Part shown: positions 41,463 to 48,835 of the stretch, one piece after another
How positions within the stretch are numbered: the first letter of the stretch is position 1
Layout of the letters: every line of letters starts with the position of its first letter
Source of the DNA: a bacterium HR19
GTDB lineage: Bacteria; Calescibacteriota; Calescibacteriia; Calescibacteriales; Calescibacteriaceae
DNA: 64,000 nucleotides
Assembly: GCA_002898315.1 (NCBI GenBank)
Contig: BEHV01000005.1
Coordinates: 8,859 to 72,858, forward strand
Direction: 5' to 3'
Notes under the pieces: model-generated
Seen by the model: only the letters and a program-made list of their open reading frames with translations
What the model was told of the DNA's origin: nothing
Database searches by the model: none
Made by a program: the position numbers and the translations under genes

Positions 41463-42560
41463 TTATTCTGAAATTTTAATTTGGACTCTTGGATATTTTC
41501 TTTCTACTGCTGACCGGAACGCCTCATTTATTTTCTCAAAATCAAAGACATAAAACATCTTCCCAAAAGGAATTTTATCTTTGTTCCTTCTTATGAAGTT
41601 CTGAGAAAGAAGGATTGTATGCGGATGATAAAGTGAAACACCTTTTAAAGTTAGGTTTTCTCCTATCCAAACAGACGGGTCTGCGTCAAATTTCTGCTTT
41701 GGATTGATAGCTCCCATAACAAGGTATCTTCCGCCTCTTCGCATGTATTTTATACCTTCCGCAACAGCTTTTGGGTTTCCTGCGAGTTCAACAACAACAT
41801 CTGCACCACCTTCTGTAATCTCTTTAACTTTGGCTATTCTTCCTCTGAAATCTTCATCAAGTTTTATAGTGTAGTCGGCTCCGAACTCTTTTGCAAGTTC
41901 AAGACGCGATTCAATCGCATCAACCACTATAACTTTTCCTGCTCCCATATCTTTCGCTACAGCAACTGCTAAAAGTCCAAGCCCTCCCGCCCCCTGTATA
42001 ACAACACTATCTCCGTACCCCAAACCTATCTCTCTGAGTCCAAACAAAACCTGTGATAATGCACAGTTTATCGCTGCTGATATATCTAATGGAATATCAT
42101 CGTCTAACTTATAGAATTTTTGTCCGGGTCTTACAAAGTAAAAGTCAGCAAAACCTCCGACAAAAAACGGGGGTTTTTCTGCCTCTCTGAGAACTGAAAC
42201 CAAGCTTTGAAAGCACGCATACTCTTGACCAAGAGAACAGTTCTTACATCTTCCACACCCTCTGAAATAACACACAGAAACCAGATCTCCTTCCGATATA
42301 CTTTTGCCGATGCTGTCCTTTTCAACTCCTTTTCCAAGTTTTTCTATTCTCCCCACAAACTCGTGTCCAAGAACAATAGGATAAAAAAGCCCGCCGAACG
42401 CCTTGAAAGCTTCACCAGAAAACATGTGTATATCTGAACCACATATATTTGCTCTCAAAACTCTCACCACAACTTCTCCTTCCTTCGGGTCAGGGACTTC
42501 AAACTCCTTTATCTCAAGCGGTTTCCCAGTATCCCTGAATATGCTAACCCTTCCTTTCAT
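41463..42560 (-). CDS. zinc-dependent medium-chain alcohol dehydrogenase
   Basis: ICGSD, LGHE, CGRCKNC..C, INCA, GAGGLG; start MKGRV at 42560 has a GGAGG RBS. Confidence 0.9.
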   Translation of the reverse strand: MKGRVSIFRDTGKPLEIKEFEVPDPKEGEVVVRVLRANICGSDIHMFSGEAFKAFGGLFYPIVLGHEFVGRIEKLGKGVEKDSIGKSISEGDLVSVCYFRGCGRCKNCSLGQEYACFQSLVSVLREAEKPPFFVGGFADFYFVRPGQKFYKLDDDIPLDISAAINCALSQVLFGLREIGLGYGDSVVIQGAGGLGLLAVAVAKDMGAGKVIVVDAIESRLELAKEFGADYTIKLDEDFRGRIAKVKEITEGGADVVVELAGNPKAVAEGIKYMRRGGRYLVMGAINPKQKFDADPSVWIGENLTLKGVSLYHPHTILLSQNFIRRNKDKIPFGKMFYVFDFEKINEAFRSAVERKYPRVQIKISE

Positions 42561-42582
42561 ACTCTTTTGAACCTCCCTAGAT

Positions 42583-43644
42583 TTACTGAATATATGGTAG
42601 AACTTTTTCAGCAAAGAGTTTCATTGATTTTTTGACAAGTTCAGTAGGCATAGCTCCCATATTAAAACCCCCTATGAACATCGTCACGCCTTGCTCTTTG
42701 AGCAAACTCATAATATCTTTTATCTTCTCAGGGTCTCCCCATGCACATGTTGTGTACTCAATATTGCCCGTGAGGACTTCAAAGTTTATCTCGTTTTCTT
42801 TTCCCGGCCATGGTTTATCTTTTGGCCATGTTTCCCTGAGCTTTCTTGCAAGAAGGTTATATAGATGTTCTCCCCCCTGAAAGAAAGCAAAAAGCGTTTT
42901 CATAAAGTATTTTTCGGCAAGCTCTCTCGCTTTCTTCAAGCTTCTGTCAACATATATCCACTTGAAAGCTATCTTTTCTGGCATATCCTGATTTCCCAAA
43001 CTTTCAGCTTCCCTTTTATAAAGATCAAACACGTGTTTTAGTTCATATATTGAAAATCCCGCGGCGGGGATAACATAAATCCCTCTTTCAGCAGCCCACT
43101 TTATCTGGTCATCTCTTGTTGTAGTTATGTATATGGGCGGATGTGGTTTTTGGTATGGCTTTGGTTGAATCTCAACATCCTTTACTTTTATGAATTCTCC
43201 TTCGTATGAAACTTTTCCATTTATCCATACTTTCTGGCAGAACTCAATTGATTCTCTCATCATCTTCCAGTTATTTTTTATGTCATATCCGAAAGGAAGG
43301 AACTCGTATGCTCTATAACCCGAACCTAATGAGAAAACGACCCTGCCTTCTGAGAACTGGTCAAGCATAGCTACTCTTTCTGCAAGGCGAATTGGCTCAT
43401 TAAGTGGGGAAACGATCACCATCGGCCAGAGTTTCATTTTTTTAGTCCTCGCTGCAACCCACGATAAAAAGTCAAGGGTGTCGGGCATTATTCCATAGTG
43501 TTCTGCAAAGTGATGTTCAGCGGGGCAAACAGCATAGAAACCGATTTTCTCCGCAAATACCGCTTCCTCAACTGCCTCTTTATAAGCTTGGCTCGGAGTT
43601 TTCTCACCAAGCGTCTCAAAAAGATAAAAAGCTCCAACCTTCAT
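42583..43644 (-). CDS. luciferase-like (LLM) flavin-dependent monooxygenase/oxidoreductase
   Basis: AEHHF, PIRLAERVAMLDQFSEGR, GSGYRAYEF, PKPYQKPHPPI, SMKLFAEKVLP. Confidence 0.9.
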   Translation of the reverse strand: MKVGAFYLFETLGEKTPSQAYKEAVEEAVFAEKIGFYAVCPAEHHFAEHYGIMPDTLDFLSWVAARTKKMKLWPMVIVSPLNEPIRLAERVAMLDQFSEGRVVFSLGSGYRAYEFLPFGYDIKNNWKMMRESIEFCQKVWINGKVSYEGEFIKVKDVEIQPKPYQKPHPPIYITTTRDDQIKWAAERGIYVIPAAGFSIYELKHVFDLYKREAESLGNQDMPEKIAFKWIYVDRSLKKARELAEKYFMKTLFAFFQGGEHLYNLLARKLRETWPKDKPWPGKENEINFEVLTGNIEYTTCAWGDPEKIKDIMSLLKEQGVTMFIGGFNMGAMPTELVKKSMKLFAEKVLPYIQ

Positions 43645-43787
43645 AACGACTCAAAATTAAATCATAAAGTTAAAATTTACACTTTATACAAGAATTTTTA
43701 CCATGAACCAAACAGAAAAAATTTCCCCATAAAAAATTTTCCCATCTGGACAGAAATTTGAAAAAATCACATTCAAACTTGAAAAAA

Positions 43788-44333
43788 CTAAGCTGGCTTG
43801 AAATCTGGACAGGAAACCTGAAGCGTCTCTGCTGAAAGTTTTTTCTTCAAAAACAAGCAATACATATCGTGAAAATAAACACACGAAAAACACATCTTCT
43901 GCGGAGAAATAAGCCCTTTTTCTTGCATCAGCTTTGCAAGATTCATGAGTAAAACAAGAAACTGATGTTTCTCACTCCTTCTGAGGTGTGAAATTGACTC
44001 CGAAAAAACCGAATACCAGTTCAAACTTTTTGCTAACTCTCTCCCAGCATTTGTGAGAGAAATCATCTTGAACCTTCTGTCGGTTTTTCCCTCGTAAATG
44101 ATTATAAGTTTTTTTCGTGAAAGAGCTTTCAGTGCAGAATTACATGCAGAATGCTTGACATTAACCTCACTTACAACCTCCTTTATACTTGCTTCCCCTT
44201 TCCTCAGAAGGTATGTGATTATCTTAGCTTGAAGAGGGCTTAAATTGTTTTGAATCGCAATATCTCGCACAACCTTCTCAAAAGCAATCCATAACCTCTC
44301 CAAAATAAAAAGAACCTTCCATTCTATATCCAT
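43788..44333 (-). CDS. MarR-family transcriptional regulator with C-terminal 4-Cys domain
   Basis: LSPLQAKII, wHTH, DRR wing, LTNAGR; C-terminal MCFSCVYF..YC...SCPDF. Confidence 0.85.
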   Translation of the reverse strand: MDIEWKVLFILERLWIAFEKVVRDIAIQNNLSPLQAKIITYLLRKGEASIKEVVSEVNVKHSACNSALKALSRKKLIIIYEGKTDRRFKMISLTNAGRELAKSLNWYSVFSESISHLRRSEKHQFLVLLMNLAKLMQEKGLISPQKMCFSCVYFHDMYCLFLKKKLSAETLQVSCPDFKPA

Positions 44334-44355
44334 AAAAATTTCCCCAAACAAATTT

Positions 44356-45045
44356 CTATTTATTTATGGAATCAACGGAATTCAAAAGTACACAAACATT
44401 ACTCCAAATACTACCATCTTTTTCTCTCACTATCTTTTCAATATCGCTTGCTATCTCATACGAATTCATCTCAACAGGAAACATAAGTTCAGCGTAGCCC
44501 CTATCATCTACCAAAACCGCATAGCTTGAGTGCTCTATTTCCCCATCTCCTGTAACCACAGCCTCTATGCCAAGAGCACTTGCTACTTTATTTAACTCTT
44601 TTTTTGGAAGTAATTTCCATGAAAAATTCTCATTAAAACTCTTCACATACTTTCCCATTCTCTCGGGAGTGTCGTTTTCAGGGTCAAGTCCAACCATAAC
44701 GACCCTGACTATTCTCCGAGTTTTGTCATCAAGTAAAGAATAAGCATCTGCTAACTTTTTCATCATAATAGAGCAAACACTGCGACAACCTGTGTATCCA
44801 AAATACAAAATCAAGAATTTCCCCGAGTATTCATCAAAATAACTTATCTTTTTTCTTTCGGCAAACTTAAAACCATTCAGTTTTCTATCGCAATATGAAC
44901 TTTTATAGAACTTCGCAAGTGAGAAAAAGAAGAACAGAAAAGCTCCCCCCAGAAAGAGGAAAAGGAAAATATTTTTAAACACATCTTTTTTCCGCAAATG
45001 TTTTTCTCTCTCTATGTTTTTCCGTTTTATGAATATCATAAGCAA
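44356..45045 (-). CDS. SCO1/SenC family copper chaperone
   Basis: TM anchor, YFGYTGCRSVC (CxxxC), DPENDTPE, IEHSS His ligand. Confidence 0.9.
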   Translation of the reverse strand: MLMIFIKRKNIEREKHLRKKDVFKNIFLFLFLGGAFLFFFFSLAKFYKSSYCDRKLNGFKFAERKKISYFDEYSGKFLILYFGYTGCRSVCSIMMKKLADAYSLLDDKTRRIVRVVMVGLDPENDTPERMGKYVKSFNENFSWKLLPKKELNKVASALGIEAVVTGDGEIEHSSYAVLVDDRGYAELMFPVEMNSYEIASDIEKIVREKDGSIWSNVCVLLNSVDSINK

Positions 45046-45077
45046 TCTCTCTCCATCTGGGGGGAGCTGTATATGTT

Positions 45078-45500
45078 TTATGGTATGACAGAGAACGAAC
45101 CGGGAAGATGGATGTTTTTCGGATGTAGCTTACACCATATCGTATATGAGCCGGGCTTTGATGCCTTGAACTTTACTTCCTTTGTTTCCTTTGCTTTCAG
45201 TGTTGTATCAACATCATATCCCTCAATAGAGTAGTTCTCACTTATAGGTGATTCATTAACTATCTTGATATTCACAGTATCTCCCACTCTCGCAACGAGG
45301 TTTTCGGGTTCATTCAGCACATTGAACTGCCTCACATTTTTTATCATCACTCCTTCTATCGTGGCTTCGGGGATTGTGGTATCGTATGCTCTGATATAAA
45401 CGGTGAAGTTAAGTTCTTTTCCTCTTTCCGCTGATGCCGATAGCCAGAGACCTGCTATAATTAATCCAACACCTAAAAACAATAGTGCTACCTTGTTCAT
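45078..45500 (-). CDS. ncyA: nitrosocyanin (red copper cupredoxin)
   Basis: Signal peptide ending ASA; AYDTTIPE, FNVLNEPE, SPISE (Glu ligand), TIWCKLHPKNIHLPG (Cys/His/His ligands) match nitrosocyanin as recalled; AAGGAGG RBS. Confidence 0.88.
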   Translation of the reverse strand: MNKVALLFLGVGLIIAGLWLSASAERGKELNFTVYIRAYDTTIPEATIEGVMIKNVRQFNVLNEPENLVARVGDTVNIKIVNESPISENYSIEGYDVDTTLKAKETKEVKFKASKPGSYTIWCKLHPKNIHLPGSFSVIP

Positions 45501-45526
45501 AAGTTTGCACCTCCTTATTTATTTTT

Positions 45527-45559
45527 AACTTCAAAATAAATATTTACAACTTCAAAATA
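45527..45559 (-). promoter_or_regulatory. candidate operator: 12-bp direct repeat TATTTTGAAGTT, 21-bp period, upstream of ncyA
   Basis: AACTTCAAAATA at 45527-45538 and 45548-45559 on the + strand. Confidence 0.45.
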
Positions 45560-45647
45560 TTTTCACAAAAAACAAAAAATTTCCCTCCTGAATTCTCTTC
45601 TTAACTAAAAAACTTCTCCTAAAAAATAAAATATAAGATGGAAGCTT

Positions 45648-46415
45648 GTGAACTTCACTATGGATAACGAGATTATAATAAAAGTAGAGAATCTGTGGAA
45701 ATACTTTGACGGGAAGCCCGTTCTCAAAAACATAAATGCAGAGATAGAAAAAGGGAAAATAACGGTGGTTATGGGAAGGTCCGGATGTGGAAAAACTGTT
45801 CTTATGAAAAATATAGTGGGGATTTTAAAACCAGAAAAAGGGAAAATTATTTTTGAAGGGCGAGTTATAAACGAATTATCTGGTGAGGAAAAACTTGAAA
45901 TTATTCAGAATTTTGGTTTTCTATTTCAGAACTCTGCTCTATTTGACTGGCTTACAGTAGAAGAAAACATCGCATTTCCTCTCGTTGAGATAAACAGAAT
46001 AAAAGACAAAAACATAATAAAAGAGAAGGTATATCAGTTAATTGAAATTATAGGGTTAAAGGGGCATGAGAAAAAATATCCTGCCGAGCTATCTGGTGGG
46101 ATGCAAAAAAGGACTGCACTTGCGAGAGCTATAATTCACAACCCCAAAATAGTCATTTTAGATGAACCAACTTCTGGAATTGATCCGGCGACTTCTTCTT
46201 CTATTGAAGAGCTAATACTTGACCTCAAAAAAAGATTTGGCTCAACATTTCTTGTTATAACGCACGACATAAAAAGCGCAATAAGACTCGCAGATAAAAT
46301 AATATTTATGAAAGACGGAGAAATAATATGGCAGGGAAAACCGCAGGAGATAGTAAATCAAAAAGAAGAAGAAATAAGAATTTTTCTCAAACGTCTTGAA
46401 TTCTCGCAAGATTGA
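45648..46415 (+). CDS. ABC transporter ATP-binding protein, MlaF/Mkl family
   Basis: GRSGCGKT, FQNSALFDWLTVEENI, PAELSGGMQKR, LDEPTSGIDP, ITHD. Confidence 0.85.
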   Translation: MNFTMDNEIIIKVENLWKYFDGKPVLKNINAEIEKGKITVVMGRSGCGKTVLMKNIVGILKPEKGKIIFEGRVINELSGEEKLEIIQNFGFLFQNSALFDWLTVEENIAFPLVEINRIKDKNIIKEKVYQLIEIIGLKGHEKKYPAELSGGMQKRTALARAIIHNPKIVILDEPTSGIDPATSSSIEELILDLKKRFGSTFLVITHDIKSAIRLADKIIFMKDGEIIWQGKPQEIVNQKEEEIRIFLKRLEFSQD

Positions 46416-46420
46416 AAAGA

Positions 46421-46852
46421 TCACCTTGATGAATTTAGCAGATCTTGATACCACTTTTTCAGTTCTTCTTCCGGAATTTCTTTTTTCAGGTGGGAGAGAA
46501 ATTCTGCCAAGATCTTTAACTCTTCATCACTCCCCTTCCACTTCACTTTATGTTTTCTTCCTTTTTCGTTTTCTATTTCCTTTTTGAGCCATTTTTGAAT
46601 CCATTCACTATCACGCCTCAAGCCAACTCCCGAATGATCTATTATTTTCCTTCCTTTGAGAAGAGATTCCTTTTGTGGTTCTATTCCTTCGGATTTTATG
46701 GAGTGGCATTTTGTACAGTTCTCCCGGGTGAAAAGTTCTTTACCATCATCACCCATCAGTTTCTCTATCAGAAGAAGAAAGAAAGATACACAAAAAATAA
46801 AAATATTAAGAGAGTGATATTTTTTGTTTCCCTTCCAGATATTCTGCATCAT
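46421..46852 (-). CDS. monoheme cytochrome c
   Basis: Hydrophobic leader, DGKELF...CTKCH heme motif, WIQKWL. Confidence 0.85.
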   Translation of the reverse strand: MMQNIWKGNKKYHSLNIFIFCVSFFLLLIEKLMGDDGKELFTRENCTKCHSIKSEGIEPQKESLLKGRKIIDHSGVGLRRDSEWIQKWLKKEIENEKGRKHKVKWKGSDEELKILAEFLSHLKKEIPEEELKKWYQDLLNSSR

Positions 46853-46947
46853 ATTGAATTTTTTTCCTATATGCGATATTTTTCTTTTTACAAATCTTTT
46901 CTGAAAAGCTCATAAAAATTATCTCTGTGAAAGTATGGAGTTTTCGG

Positions 46948-47439
46948 TTAATCTTTCATCTTCTCTATTATTCTTGCTATTATGTTTGTTGTTGAAAGTC
47001 CTTTGATGAGCTTTACTCTTACAATCTTCCCCCCTCTTGATTTCACTATATCTGCTCCAACTATCTTATCCTCTTCCCAGTCCTCACCTTTTACAAGAAC
47101 ATCTGGCTCTATCTTCTCTATAAGAGAAAGGGGGGTATCATCATCAAATGGTATAACATAATCTACTGCTTCTACTGATGCGACCACTATCATTCTCATC
47201 TCAAGCGGTAAGATTGGTCTTTTTTCACCTTTCAGGCGTCTTACAGATTGGTCAGAATTGATCCCAACAAAAAGTATATCTGCGTATTTTTTTGCCTCAA
47301 AGAATGTCTTTATATGTCCTGCATGTATTATATCAAAGCATCCGTTCGTAAATGCAATTGACTTTTTCTCACTCCTTATATTTTGCACAACCGAATCAAG
47401 TTTATCTAAGCTCAGTATTTTTTCCTCTGGGAACCTCAT
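46948..47439 (-). CDS. rfaE2: D-glycero-beta-D-manno-heptose 1-phosphate adenylyltransferase
   Basis: FTNGCFDIIHAGH, NSDQSVRRLKG, PDVLVKG, STTNII. Confidence 0.93.
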   Translation of the reverse strand: MRFPEEKILSLDKLDSVVQNIRSEKKSIAFTNGCFDIIHAGHIKTFFEAKKYADILFVGINSDQSVRRLKGEKRPILPLEMRMIVVASVEAVDYVIPFDDDTPLSLIEKIEPDVLVKGEDWEEDKIVGADIVKSRGGKIVRVKLIKGLSTTNIIARIIEKMKD

Positions 47440-48098
47440 ATATTTTTCAAAGCTGATTTTATATCTCTTTTTATATCTTGGAGGACTTTTTGTGGGGATT
47501 CAGAATATATAACTGGTCTCCCCACAACTATCATATCTACTTTTTCCTCTACTGCTTCTGATGGGGTCAGATATTCTTTGTGTTCATCTTGTGTTTGAGG
47601 CGAAATTCTTATTCCCGGAGAAATAACTTTGATTTTACCTTCAAGTTCAGATTTTATTTTTTTTGCAAATTTTGGTGGGGCTACGACATATGAAGCTTGC
47701 CACCCAAAAGCTCTCCGAGCCCTTTCTAAAATAACTTTCTCGTCGTAGTTTTCAGAGGTGAGCATAGTGACTCCTGCGATTTCGGCTTTGTGAATTTTAG
47801 CTTCCTCCACCGCTGACCTGAAAATTTCCTCTCCCGCAGATACATGGACTGTAAATATTTTAGCTCCGAAAGAGCAGAAGTTCTTTATGCTCCTTCTAAC
47901 AACAGATGGAATATCATAAAATTTCAGGTCTACAAATATTTCTTTTTCAAGGCACGATATTATCTCAAGAGAGACAATACCAATTGAAGACAGAGCAACA
48001 GGTCCTATTTTATATACATCAACATAATCTTTTGTGGCTTTGACTACATCTATGAATCTCTTTTTATCTTCTATGTCAAGGGCTAAACAAATCTTCAT
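47436..48098 (-). CDS. pyrF: orotidine 5'-phosphate decarboxylase
   Basis: LALD, DLKFYDIP, VTMLTS, PGIR, VVGRP. Confidence 0.93.
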   Translation of the reverse strand: MKICLALDIEDKKRFIDVVKATKDYVDVYKIGPVALSSIGIVSLEIISCLEKEIFVDLKFYDIPSVVRRSIKNFCSFGAKIFTVHVSAGEEIFRSAVEEAKIHKAEIAGVTMLTSENYDEKVILERARRAFGWQASYVVAPPKFAKKIKSELEGKIKVISPGIRISPQTQDEHKEYLTPSEAVEEKVDMIVVGRPVIYSESPQKVLQDIKRDIKSALKNI

Positions 48099-48100
48099 TT

Positions 48101-48469
48101 TTATTTATTTTCTCCGACCGGGTTAGCAGGTTGAGATTGAATTTGTTCTTGGTGATAAGAAGAAAGTTCTGTTTCAAGAGCTTTTATTTTTTCATCTCTC
48201 ATCTGGTTTTCTGCTTCAAGTTCTTCAATTTTCTTTTTCAATTTTTCAACTTCTCTTCCTCTGGAAAATGCCTTAACTTGGGATGGAACAGCCCTTAGGT
48301 ATCCTATGAGGAATCCAGCAGAAAATATAAGGAGAAACCAGATACCTATCGGCAATCCCCTTATTGTAATGTGAAAAATCTGGAGAGTAAGGGGTTGGGT
48401 AAATGAGTAATAATTTTGAATGAGCACAACAAAGACGGCTGCGAATATAACGAAGTATATTATTCCCAT
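48101..48469 (-). CDS. LapA-family membrane protein
   Basis: Start MGIIYF at 48469; two TM helices around a QN motif, coiled-coil tail; upstream of pyrF as is usual for lapA. Confidence 0.72.
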   Translation of the reverse strand: MGIIYFVIFAAVFVVLIQNYYSFTQPLTLQIFHITIRGLPIGIWFLLIFSAGFLIGYLRAVPSQVKAFSRGREVEKLKKKIEELEAENQMRDEKIKALETELSSYHQEQIQSQPANPVGENK

Positions 48470-48480
48470 CTTATCGGTAT

Positions 48481-48556
48481 TGGTCGGGGCGACCGGACTT
48501 GAACCGGCGACCTCCGGCTCCCGAAGCCGGCGCGCTACCACCTACGCTACGCCCCG
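48481..48556 (-). tRNA. tRNA-Pro(CGG)
   Basis: CGGGGCG/CGCCCCG acceptor stem, anticodon arm CCGGC-TTCGGGA-GCCGG, encoded CCA. Confidence 0.95.
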
Positions 48557-48626
48557 AAATCAAAATAAAAAATAGAAAAAAGCAAAACAAAAAACAATTC
48601 AACAAAATAAATTAAACCAAAATAAA

Positions 48627-48795
48627 GTGACTTCCTCCCCTCAATGAAATGAGAGGCTTCCCGCTTCAGGATGGAACTTTCGCTCCCTCTGATGGGCATA
48701 AGTTCGGGACAGCCCATCCCTACCACCCTTTTTAGGCGGGTGAGACCCTTTAAGGCAGCCTTTTAAAGCAGCTTTGTTATCGCTGCTTTTTTCAT
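48627..48795 (-). mobile_element. non-autonomous IS200/IS605-family remnant / orphan TnpB omegaRNA-like element
   Basis: GC-rich island ending GAAGCGGGAAGCCTCTCATTTCATTGAGGGGAGGAAGTCAC (subterminal hairpin + TCAC end); several hairpins and a possible pseudoknot; no tnpA or tnpB ORF. Confidence 0.65.
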
Positions 48796-48835
48796 ATAAT
48801 TTTAAATATCTTGTATCTAAAAATTTTAAATAAAA

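Noticed and set aside
45078-45500. Concluding that the host is an ammonia oxidiser
   Set aside because: No amo, hao or cytochrome c554 genes in the window; ncyA alone is insufficient and the rest of the genome is not visible.
48470-48541. N-terminal extension MVARRLREPEVAGSSPVAP of the 146-aa ORF
   Set aside because: It is a translation of tRNA-Pro; the real start is MGIIYF at 48469.
39245-48556. Genomic island bounded by tRNA-Glu and tRNA-Pro carrying the ncyA module
   Set aside because: No integrase, no duplicated tRNA 3' end noticed, no evident compositional shift, and core genes (pyrF, rfaE2, bpsA) lie inside.
48627-48795. Reading the GC-rich island as a riboswitch, SRP/6S RNA or a small CDS
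   Set aside because: No riboswitch or SRP consensus recognised; the ATG-led frame stops after 10 codons; the terminal hairpin plus TCAC fits an IS200/IS605 right end better.
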